64,000 bases of DNA from an uncultured Thermoplasmata archaeon (GTDB taxonomy: Archaea; Thermoplasmatota; Thermoplasmata; UBA10834): assembly GCA_963705355.1 (NCBI GenBank), contig OY970070.1, forward strand, positions 1,906,960-1,970,959, written 5' to 3'. The stretch's first letter is position 1, and every line of letters begins with the position of its first letter. Below are positions 48,472 to 57,497 of the stretch, piece after piece. A program made the translations under genes and the position numbers. The notes beneath the pieces are model-generated. The model did no database searches. It saw only the letters and a list, made by a program, of their open reading frames with translations, and had not been told where the DNA came from.

Positions 48472-51229
48472 CTATGCTATATAGGCTTGTCGGCGAGTCA
48501 GTGCGTTTCTTGGCGCAAAACGCGAATTTGCCTTTTTTCTGGGGTTCTTGGAGCTGAAAAGCTCGGAGAGCTTCTCTATATTGTATCCGAAAGGAAGGAG
48601 CATGCCCTCTGCTCCTCGCAGAAGTAGATCGACATAAGCATCCATATCGTACGCCTCATCTCCCGAGATGAACGAATCGACCTTCACTCGCTTGCGCGGG
48701 TCCTTGCTCTTGCAGTCGCATATCAAGAACCTCACGGCCTCTCCCGGGTTCACGTCAAAACCCTCGTCGTCCAGCTGCATGAGGGCTGCGACGCGGTCGT
48801 TGAACTGCTGATAGGCCCCGAGTCCCTGTGACACCCGCTTGGTCATCAGCAGCTTGCTCAGCGGAACCGCTTGAGACCTGACGGTCTCGACATAATCGTT
48901 CACGATGTCCAGCGCGGACGGTATGAGTTCTATGAACTGCTGCGAATCGTCCGCCTTTGAGAAGTTCGCGAGCAGCTCGTTCTGCATGTCCTTCACCAGC
49001 TCCGTCGTGTCGTGCTTCCTGAGCTCGATCCCGCGCAGTTTCAACTTCCCGTCCTCGAACATACCATAGTATCTGTTCAGAACGCCGACGCCGTTCGACC
49101 TGTGCGGCAGAAACACTATCCACTTGTATATCCCCTCCGGCTCGAGCGGGATGCCTATGTGGCCAGACACATGCTCGCAGAACTTCTCTGGATCGCCGTT
49201 CCCTTTCAGCCAGAGCGAATCCACGATTCCGTGGAGTATCTCGAACCCGTGCGCCTCTGCCATCTCGGACGCCTGCAGCATTATCTCCCTTCCGTACGCG
49301 TTGATGGCCTCGTGGCATTCTATTCTCCCGAACCTCGCGTTCCTGTAGCCCGTGTATCCGAAGCAGTTGTGCGTGAGCACCCCGTTGGCGAGCGCGAACC
49401 CGTGCAGCGGTTCGTCCACTCCGAGACAGTAGACATGGTCTCCAGACGGCCTGATTCTGCGCACGGACATCACGCGCATGTGGGTTATCGAGTTGCCGGA
49501 GCTGGATGCGCTGCTGTAGAGAGGCATGAGCGCTGGGAGCAGGCTTCCCTCTGTAACCCTGTCAGCTCTCTTCAGCACGAGCCGGTCCCCGTTCATGACA
49601 TAGCACGGATGGTCTGGTGTCAGTCTGATCCTGCTCTCTGCGAGGTTCAGCTCGATCATGTGCTCAGGTGCCGGGAACTTGAAGACCTTCGAGACGGTCT
49701 TCAGCGAAGGCTCCAGATTCCGGTCCAGCCCGAACGCCTCGAGCTTGTCATTGACCGTGCACTCGTCAGAATCTCCGCGAACATACCTCTCAACGATCTC
49801 GCCGACGGTGCGGACATCGAACCTTCCGCGCCTTCTGAACGGTATTTCGGTGTCAGAGTCCAGGCAGGTCACGAGCAACCATTTCAGAATGTCTACCCTC
49901 TCCTTGTAGAGCTTCGTATCCCCTATCCCGGCCTTCACCATCCTCTTGAGTCTCGTCCTGCGCTCCACCACGGGTTTGAGCACGCGCGGTATCAGTCCCA
50001 GTCGTTTGTCACATATGCCATATCCAAGAACAGGCACCCGTCTGGTGGGCTCGGGACAACAAGAGCATGTGACCGTCTCAGGCGAGATGTTGAACCTCAC
50101 CATGATGTTCGGATACAGCGATGTGAAATCCACTTCCAGAACGCGGTCGTGTATCCCGACCGCGGGCTCGTAGATGAAACCTCCGCGGTCTGATATGACG
50201 AGCTCCTCCGCGGTCTTGAACTTCTCCGGGAGGTTCTTCTTCCACATTATGACGCAGCCATCTTTGAGCGCGAGATTGGCCTGCATCGCGCTGATCGCGC
50301 TCCCAGGAGAGAGCCTCGCAAGTTCCTGGACGGGCACGCCAGATATGCGAGAGAGATCGGTCAGGCCGCCCAGGCCGCTCTCCATGAACATGAATGAGCT
50401 TGAGCGATCGATGTGGATCCTCCCGCGGAACTTGTACGATGGGGGCTTGTACTTGATCTGCCCGTATGTGAAGTATGATTTGCCCTTCCGGTCGGTCCTC
50501 TGGTCGTCGACGTCCCTACCCAACATGATCCCCTTGAGGCCGACATGCCTCGCCCGCTGGTACAGGTACGGGATGAGGAAGGCGTCTCCGTTGTCTGTGT
50601 AGATCACATCTGGATCCCCAGCTTTGACGATCTCTTGGATCCCTTCGAGGATAGTCTCCTCGTCACCGTCTACAACTTCGTCCCCTACTTTGGCAGAGAT
50701 CAGCTTGTCATCGAAAGTCGGTATTCCCTTCTTGGCTTCCGGCACAGCGCTTAGCTCAATTCCAGAGAGCGGAGGCATCTCGTAATCGATTTCGTACGGA
50801 TCGTCTATCATCCGCGGCCTCGGTCTGAACTCCAGCAGGCCCATGGGAAAGATGCTCTTCTCGCAGAAGTACCGCTGGCTGAATCTCAGATCGACAGTTG
50901 AACAACGTGTAATCTTTGTACCTTCCGCGATTGTCGATAGTATGCGCAACGTCCTCGACTTTCGCGTAGTCTCTTATCGTGATCCCGAGCACTTCGCGTT
51001 CGTCATCTCCGAGCCATGTCCGTTTCATCTCCCGCCCGGTCGCGCTCACTTCGTCTAGAATCGGAAGCGCTCTCTCGAGATCGTCGAGGTTTTCGGGAGT
51101 GGAGTGCACGAATATCTTCGGGCGGAACGCCCGATCTACGATCTTGTTCGCGCCCTTTCGGGTTCTTACCCAGTATACGATGGAGTTTGTCTCGTACTCT
51201 GGGTAAATGTCGAGGAGCCAGCCTCTCAT
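48472..51229 (-). pseudogene. polB2: DNA polymerase PolB2, split by a +1 frameshift, with a mini-intein
   Basis: MRGWLLDIY start; DFTSLYPNI, KWLLVT|CFGYTGY, HGIVDS; reading ...YTLFN/VDLRFSQRY is broken by one extra base at 50896. Confidence 0.8.
49366..49866 (-). mobile_element. Mini-intein (167 aa, no endonuclease) in PolB2 motif B
   Basis: Starts CLDSDT, block B TPDH, block F VYCLGV, ends VLTHN|C; removal restores KWLLVTCFGYTGY. Confidence 0.92.
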
Positions 51230-51528
51230 CTTTTGGACTCACTGCTCCCGATTCCCCCATCCTGGATTCCGTTGCTTTCATTCTCTTCTTTGAGATTCTT
51301 TTTCAGAGCTAGTATCTCCTTCTCGTGTTCCAGGAGCATCGAGAGAAGGGCCGACTCTGTTGGGTCGAGGCTTATCGCGTATGTCGATGCGGAAGCGTGC
51401 ATGCGCGCCCTGGTCACCAGAGAATCGAATGCTTCCCGGTCTCCACTCCTGAGCGCTCTCCGAAAATCGTTCCACTGCTGGGTCATCGCCTCAAGGGCCA
51501 AGCGGTATGTAGGCACCGTTCTTCCCGT
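51226..51528 (-). CDS. Small PolB2-operon accessory protein (arCOG07300-like)
   Basis: xGRTVPTYR, W.DFRRALR..DREAFD, AR.HASA; expected ATG position reads ACG, next possible start is GTG 51516. Confidence 0.75.
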   Translation of the reverse strand, partial: TGRTVPTYRLALEAMTQQWNDFRRALRSGDREAFDSLVTRARMHASASTYAISLDPTESALLSMLLEHEKEILALKKNLKEENESNGIQDGGIGSSESKR

Positions 51529-52270
51529 CGGAATCCCCCCTGAACTCGTCTAGCGTTGCTTGGTTCCAAGGCACGGGCGAGAACACGATCTCCCGCTCCG
51601 CCCTCGGCAGCCGGAAGAGCAAGCCATCTCTTCTGGTGCGCATCTGAACGATCTGGTCCGAGTGTTCGTACAGCAATGCTGCCAGTTTCGGGCTTGGACG
51701 GACCTGCTGATGAGTGTTGTTCGTGAGCATGGAGATAGTCTCGTGCTCCTTCGTCACCCTGGATATGTCCTCTAGACACCTCCTCAGGAGCTGGTGTGAT
51801 TCCATCCACTTCATGTCCTTGTCGAGGAACATCTCGGTTATGGATGACACTATGACGGCGCACGGCGAGCTTCTCTCGACCTGTTCCTCGAGCTTCTCGT
51901 CGATCAGAGTCACGAGCTGATACGCAGTGAACGCCCTGGACACGTTCACGCGCGACAGGATCTCCCGCTTGTTTAGCCTCAGTCGCTTGCACAGAGAGCT
52001 GATGGCATATGGATCGATGGCATTCCCGCCGTCTATCCAGACGACCTCCTCGTCGAATTGCGAGATCGCGCGGACGCAGAGCAGGTGCAAAAGGCTGGAG
52101 GCGTAGCTGCTGTCGCTGTCGAGCAGCGCGACCTGGGCTGAACGGAAGCCGCCTATGAGCTCGTCTAGCTGCAGGATCGAGGTTTCCAGAACCCTCTCAT
52201 GGAGCAGCGGCTCCTCGCCGACTATCTGCACCAGCGGTTGTTCGAGCGCTGCTGTTCTCTGGATCTGCAA
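51491..52270 (-). CDS. Inactivated RadA/RecA-fold protein (ImuA-like) of the PolB2 operon
   Basis: LDELIGGF, WIDGGN..DPY, VSRAFTAYQL; Walker A degenerate; C-terminal QATLDEF. Confidence 0.82.
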   Translation of the reverse strand: MQIQRTAALEQPLVQIVGEEPLLHERVLETSILQLDELIGGFRSAQVALLDSDSSYASSLLHLLCVRAISQFDEEVVWIDGGNAIDPYAISSLCKRLRLNKREILSRVNVSRAFTAYQLVTLIDEKLEEQVERSSPCAVIVSSITEMFLDKDMKWMESHQLLRRCLEDISRVTKEHETISMLTNNTHQQVRPSPKLAALLYEHSDQIVQMRTRRDGLLFRLPRAEREIVFSPVPWNQATLDEFRGDSDGKNGAYIPLGP

Positions 52271-52504
52271 GCAGTGTCACCAGCATCGCATTATCGGTCG
52301 TTCTGGAGTTAAACGGCTGCAGGGGGGAGCATGGTGAAACTAGTGAACCCGATAAAATCCAGCAAGTCCAATCGCACGCGAAACAGCGCACGGAAGCCCG
52401 TCTTTCTGTGGAAACGGTGTGTTAATGTTTAAGTACACTAAGGGTGTTTTTCACTCAACTATTCCAGAGGATCGTTGAGATTCATCGGGAAGGGACAGAG
52501 GAAA

Positions 52505-55363
52505 ATGGCTTCCAGATCATCTTCCAGAAAGCAAACACCACCGTCGAGGCCCCCGCCGACTCAGAGGACCTACGCGGCGCAAATAGAATCCACAGAGGTG
52601 AAGAGGTCGCGCAAGGCCGCCATACTTCAGCTCAAGATGGGCCGGCTAGCACACACGATAGGCATCGCATCCGGCCTCGCGCTAGCACTGACGGCCATAA
52701 TCGCGTACGGCATCATCAACTGGGAATTCCTCCGGAATGCTCCCGATATATTCGCCACTCTGAAATGGATAATTCCGCTAGTCGCAGGCGTGGTAGTCGC
52801 TGCGGTCGCACTCGCGATCAAATGGGAACCGTATTTCACGGACAGGGAGGAGCCGCACTTCGCGATGAGCATCGTCGCGCTCGTGGCTCCTGCCTTCATC
52901 ATAGCGCTCATAGTCCTGGACGAGTACGACTACGTGCAGCTCGGCAGGCCTGCTTGGCTCTATCCTGCCTCTCTCCTGGGGATATGTCTCACAGAGATAT
53001 CGCTCGCGATGACTTGGGAGGGTTCGAGTCCTCGCCGGACCGTCAGCATCGTCTCTGCGATCTTCCCGATTGTCCTGCTCGTATTCCCCATGGTCTACCG
53101 CTTCACGCCCGAGGAATTAGCCAGCACTCTTCCGATGGCATATCTCGGCAGCGCGGTCGCGATCCAGCTCAGCGGCTCGATGCTGCACATCATTGCGAGC
53201 TCGACATCTGTGCAGCAGCGAGAGGTTCTCAAGGCGAGCGACAGCAAACTGCGCGAGGAGCTCCAGGAACTCGAAAAGAAGCGGCACGCGCTGATATACA
53301 GAGAGGACGCGCTAAGATCCAAGGAGTCCGACCTCGAGACCCTTGAGAAGCGGCTCAGCGATGAGACGGCTTCGATAGAGGAAAGGAAGACCCAGGTAGC
53401 CGCGGCCGAGGCGGAGGCGGAGCAGCGTTTCCTGCAGTTGCGCGATGAGAGACAGAAAACCGCGAAGCAGCAGGCGGAGATAGAGGATGCCAAAGAGGCC
53501 CTGAAGCTGAGGCAATCCGATCTAGAGGCTCAGAGAAGGGAGCTGGAGAAGCGCTCCAAGGCGCTGCTCACGAAGGAAGAAGCTGTCTCCACTAGGGAGA
53601 GGGACGCCAACAGGATATTGATCGATGCTCAGGCCAAGGAGCGGGACATAAGGAACAGGCTCTCCGAGGTCGAGGCGGAAGAGAAGGCTCTCGATACCAT
53701 GCGCCAGGAGATCGACGAGCTTCAAGGGGCACTTGCGGACCGCGAGAAACAAGTGGGCGTCCGAGAGAGCGCGCTGGACATGAAGGTTCTGGAGATTGCG
53801 GCAGCGAGGGAAGAGCTTGGGACGGTTGCCAAAGAGAAGACTTCTGTCAAGACCCTCGAGCAGCAGTTGCTGATGAGGCAGGAGTCTCTCGCAGAAAAGG
53901 AAATCGCTCTTAAGACGTCTGAGGACGAGCTGCGTAAGAAATCCGAGCGTGCTGAGAGGCTGATTGCGAGAGCCGACAAGCAGATGAACGAGCTCATCGA
54001 GAAGGAGAACACACTCTTGGCTCGCGAAAAGACTGTCACCGACAATGAGTCCCAGCTGAGGGCGGAGGTCGAAGGCTTGAACGCCAAGCTGGAGGAGATG
54101 CAGAGCGCGCGTGAGTCGGTCACCGACAGGGAGAAGGAGTATCACAGTCTAACCGAGACCACCAGAACAAGACTCTCAACAGTGACATCTCAAGAGGAGG
54201 AGATCGTAAGGAAGATGGCCGCTCTCGAGCGAAGGGAGGAGAAGATCCGGGAGCTCGAGACGAGGCTCAGAACCGAGCACGACACGATGAGCTCCAAACT
54301 GAGGGAGATGCTCGAGAAGGAGAAGGATCTCAGCGCCCACGAAGACGAGATGAACCTGCGCTATGCGGAGCTCAAGGCGATGGAACGAGGGGTTCTGGAG
54401 AGCGTGGACGAGGTCGAGGCGGCCAGGACGTCCTTCGAGGTGCCAGAGGAGGGCGAACAGACTAAGACCTTGGCCTACAGAGAGAGGCGTTTGATTGAGA
54501 AAGAGCAGGAGATGAAGTCGCGGCTCTACCAGCGCGAGAAGGAGCTGGAGGCGCGCGAGCAGTCCCTGCGCGCGCATCTGAAGAAAGACATCGAGGGGAT
54601 GGAAGAGGCCGTCGAGAAGGAGTACGCTGAGGAGAAGGTCAAGACGGGAATAGAACGTCTGGACGCCCTGCTCATGGGCGGCATGCCCTTCGGGTCCAAC
54701 ATCACGTACGTCGGACCGCCATTCATAGGAAAGGAGACCGCCATCCTGTTGTTCTTGGCCGAGGGCCTCAAGAAGGGCATTCCAGCAGTGATTGTGACAA
54801 CCTCAAAATCCCCCGAAGAGATCTCCAAGGATATGGCGCCGATACTACCTACGTTCAAGGAATTCGAGCAGCTCGGTCTCGTGAACTGGGTAGACGCCAC
54901 CGGACTTCAGAGAGCCCCGAGCGCGAGAACTGGAAAACCCAGTCTCATTGCAGCGTTGGGCTCGGGAGATCTGGGCGGGATCGGCAAGGCGATCGACGGA
55001 TGCGTTAACAAGATACAGAAGCAGAGGCACCCATACTTCAGGTTCGCCTACATGTCTCTCTCGATGAGCGTGACGCAGTCGAACGAGAAGGACTCGTTCC
55101 AGTTCGTGCAGACCTTGGTCGGCAAGCTGCGGCAGGCCAACGCGATTTCGGTCTTTGCGCTCGAGCGCGGGATGCACACGGAGCAGCAGCTCGAGTCGAT
55201 TCAGCATCACATGACCGGCGCGATCCAGTTCAAAACGGACAAGCAGAAGACTCTGATAAGCGTCCAGGGCGTAGGCGATGCGCAGACCAGGGACTGGATC
55301 GAGTACAAGCACACGAACAGGGCCCTCATGATCGGAGCATTTTCACTTGAGAGGATAAGGTAG
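52505..55363 (+). CDS. Membrane-anchored long coiled-coil protein with C-terminal KaiC/RecA-like ATPase domain
   Basis: Five to six TM helices, about 500 aa of E/K/R heptads, VKTGIERLDALL.GG.P, GPPFIGKE. Confidence 0.85.
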   Translation: MASRSSSRKQTPPSRPPPTQRTYAAQIESTEVKRSRKAAILQLKMGRLAHTIGIASGLALALTAIIAYGIINWEFLRNAPDIFATLKWIIPLVAGVVVAAVALAIKWEPYFTDREEPHFAMSIVALVAPAFIIALIVLDEYDYVQLGRPAWLYPASLLGICLTEISLAMTWEGSSPRRTVSIVSAIFPIVLLVFPMVYRFTPEELASTLPMAYLGSAVAIQLSGSMLHIIASSTSVQQREVLKASDSKLREELQELEKKRHALIYREDALRSKESDLETLEKRLSDETASIEERKTQVAAAEAEAEQRFLQLRDERQKTAKQQAEIEDAKEALKLRQSDLEAQRRELEKRSKALLTKEEAVSTRERDANRILIDAQAKERDIRNRLSEVEAEEKALDTMRQEIDELQGALADREKQVGVRESALDMKVLEIAAAREELGTVAKEKTSVKTLEQQLLMRQESLAEKEIALKTSEDELRKKSERAERLIARADKQMNELIEKENTLLAREKTVTDNESQLRAEVEGLNAKLEEMQSARESVTDREKEYHSLTETTRTRLSTVTSQEEEIVRKMAALERREEKIRELETRLRTEHDTMSSKLREMLEKEKDLSAHEDEMNLRYAELKAMERGVLESVDEVEAARTSFEVPEEGEQTKTLAYRERRLIEKEQEMKSRLYQREKELEAREQSLRAHLKKDIEGMEEAVEKEYAEEKVKTGIERLDALLMGGMPFGSNITYVGPPFIGKETAILLFLAEGLKKGIPAVIVTTSKSPEEISKDMAPILPTFKEFEQLGLVNWVDATGLQRAPSARTGKPSLIAALGSGDLGGIGKAIDGCVNKIQKQRHPYFRFAYMSLSMSVTQSNEKDSFQFVQTLVGKLRQANAISVFALERGMHTEQQLESIQHHMTGAIQFKTDKQKTLISVQGVGDAQTRDWIEYKHTNRALMIGAFSLERIR

Positions 55364-55370
55364 TTAGAGC

Positions 55371-55809
55371 CTCGCCTCGGAAAAGCCCATAGGGGAGGAA
55401 AGGCTATCACCGATAAGGGAGGTAATGGCGTGAGTTCAGGTGGAATTGACGATAACACATCCTTCAGATATGCCCTGATTGCCGGCATTCTGTTCGTAGT
55501 GAGTTTCCTGGCATGGTTCTTTGGGGTCATAATCTTCGGGGGGACGAATGGAGTTGGCAGTCGGCATATGCTACATTGGGTGCCATGACGAGCGTGTTCC
55601 TGCTTTGCTCGATTCTGTTCACCATGCTTGGCAAGAGAGAGCTGTCACGAAAGTCACTCGTTGTTGGAGTCCTGCTGTTAATAGGACTGATATTGCTGTT
55701 CGCAATTCGCACAATCACATATCAGCCTGGGTCTGTCTAGCCCGAGAAAAGACCTCTATGTTGATGTGTCCCCGCCTCAGCATAACATCCACAGGGGAGG
55801 AAAGGCGAT
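55371..55809 (+). repeat. Degenerate direct repeat pair bracketing a small membrane gene
   Basis: CATAGGGGAGGAAAGGCTAT (55388-407) vs CACAGGGGAGGAAAGGCGAT (55790-809), 18/20, each preceded by CGCCTCrG. Confidence 0.6.
55430..55740 (+). pseudogene. Small three-TM protein frameshifted at a G6 run
   Basis: GGAGGT SD + GTG 55430 gives ...WFFGVIIFGG; the hydrophobic continuation DEWSWQ... lies in another frame across GGGGGG (55538-43). Confidence 0.5.
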
Positions 55810-55815
55810 TCGGAC

Positions 55816-56319
55816 CTATTGTGACCCCACAGGAACCGGTTTTCTAGCCCTGTAATTAACTGACAACCAGCGAGCTGCAATGGGAACCGAAATCCCCAAG
55901 ACGAGCGTGCCATATTGCATGATGCTGATGCTTGAGTTGGTTCCTGTCCCCATCGCGAAGACGAACCCCCCTGCGGTAAGAACGAGGCCAAGGATGTATT
56001 CATTCGTACCGTGTTTCTCCTCGTCCTTCACATACAGAGGTTTCGATATGAACCACACACCTACCCACATGAAGAAAGTGCAAGCACCCACGAATCCAAT
56101 CGTGAGTTCTCGGTCAAATAGCGCAGCAACCAGCTTGCTCTGTCCAAACAAGGCGAGAACAACTCCAATCAAGAAGACTGCCACATACACTGGTCTCCTG
56201 AGGACTAGTTCCTTTCCTCGCTTCTCAAGGTCGAGCAAGACAAGCGCGAGTACCACTCCCATCAAGACGCCTGTAACCGCAGCGTCGTACAGGTCTTTCA
56301 GCAGCATTACTTCGTCCAT
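55816..56319 (-). CDS. Hypothetical five-TM membrane protein
   Basis: Five hydrophobic helices, plausible SD. Confidence 0.6.
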   Translation of the reverse strand: MDEVMLLKDLYDAAVTGVLMGVVLALVLLDLEKRGKELVLRRPVYVAVFLIGVVLALFGQSKLVAALFDRELTIGFVGACTFFMWVGVWFISKPLYVKDEEKHGTNEYILGLVLTAGGFVFAMGTGTNSSISIMQYGTLVLGISVPIAARWLSVNYRARKPVPVGSQ

Positions 56320-56445
56320 TTGCCATTTTCTCCGAGCGCCTGGTTGTGCACCATACGCTCGGCATAGGTATCACATTCGGCATTATTAGCGCTCTGCTTC
56401 ATTTCGCGATTGACTCCTATGAGGCGGTTCCTTGCTAGGAAGAAG

Positions 56446-56520
56446 GGGTTTGCGGCAGCCCGCAAGCCTCTTTGATTGATTCTCAGCCAGTCATCGGAGT
56501 TCAAATCCCGGCGGGAGCAC
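56446..56520 (+). repeat. Degenerate repeat copy 1: hairpin + tRNA-Glu-like 3' half
   Basis: GGGTTTGCGGCAGCCCGCA...AGCCAGTCATCGGAGTTCAAATCCCGGCGGGAGCAC. Confidence 0.65.
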
Positions 56521-56570
56521 TTCTTCGATCCGGCGGCGACGGGAGCCGTCTGTGCTGGGATGTCATCACC

Positions 56571-57131
56571 TTAGAGGAAGTACTTCGGCCCTGTACTCCA
56601 CGCGTAGAGTACCCCTTCGTCAATCACGAAATCGTAGCTTGTCCAATAAGAGTTGGGGCCTCCCCTCCATGTCACGGTCAGCATGTATGTTACTTCCTCC
56701 ACGAATCCTGAACCGTTCACGACCGAGATCACGAAGTAGTCCTCCTGGCCGAAAGCGCCGTCCCCTGTGATGTCGGTGAGATTCAGCGAGAGAGTGAGGT
56801 TGCCTGCGGTCCTAGTTCCAAGGTTCACCGTCGCGGAACGACCTGTGTTAAGCAACTGTGAGGCATTGAGTGCGTCCCAGCTGCTGCTTCCATTAGAAAA
56901 GCTTATCCAAGGAGCACCGTAATGGTACTGGACCAGGGCAGCGTTATCTCCCGTCCACTTGATACCTTCTGGGACAAGCGACAACGGAGTGTGTTCTGAT
57001 GGAAACTCAGGCTTGGAGAGTATCGTATACAAAGCGTAGGAGACCCCACTGGCAAGGATGCAAACACACAGTACGACCACTATGAAGATCCTTGGTCGTC
57101 GATGCGCGAATTGCCGAACCCTTTCCGTCAT
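56571..57131 (-). CDS. Hypothetical membrane-anchored surface protein
   Basis: N-terminal TM helix, several N-x-S/T sequons, DITGDGAFGQED Ca-loop-like motif. Confidence 0.55.
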   Translation of the reverse strand: MTERVRQFAHRRPRIFIVVVLCVCILASGVSYALYTILSKPEFPSEHTPLSLVPEGIKWTGDNAALVQYHYGAPWISFSNGSSSWDALNASQLLNTGRSATVNLGTRTAGNLTLSLNLTDITGDGAFGQEDYFVISVVNGSGFVEEVTYMLTVTWRGGPNSYWTSYDFVIDEGVLYAWSTGPKYFL

Positions 57132-57251
57132 GGAGCCGCTAGCCACTCCTCCTAGAACGCATTGCCTGTTCCGTCTCATATAGCTTCGTCTCCCGATGAC
57201 GAAACGGTCAAGAACGAGTAAACAGCCCGAATAAACAACCAATAGAGCGAT

Positions 57252-57323
57252 GGGTTTGCAGCAACCTGCATTCCGATTGACTGTCGAGCCAGTCGTCAGA
57301 ATTCAAATTCAGGCAGGAGCACC
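57252..57323 (+). repeat. Degenerate repeat copy 2: tRNA-Glu-like 3' half
   Basis: GGGTTTGCAGCAACCTGCA...GAGCCAGTCGTCAGAATTCAAATTCAGGCAGGAGCACC. Confidence 0.6.
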
Positions 57324-57497
57324 TAATCTCATGTTGTTGGAGAAGAATGCGAAAGGGTTTGGGGGGACGGACGACGAATGTTGAGCGTTTGCAGCATGTT
57401 GTTGTTTATACTTTCGACTTCCTCGGTGTAAGGTAGTTTATACCCTCTGCACCTTGTAGCTCCTTGATCTGCCGAGCGTGCTGAAAGTGGGAGAAGA

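Noticed and set aside
49366..49866. Class 3 intein because of Cys in block F
   Set aside because: It starts with Cys1 and lacks the block-B Trp of the WCT triad, so class 1 is more likely.
53200..54640. Apparent repetitive DNA (GAG/AAG-rich)
   Set aside because: Explained by E/K/R coiled-coil codons; not a nucleotide repeat array.
57329..57445. Minus-strand 22-aa micro-ORF (MLQTLNIRRP...) or sRNA with duplicated GTATAAAC and CAACAACATG
   Set aside because: No SD, motif or structure to distinguish it from promoter sequence of the divergent beta-CASP gene.
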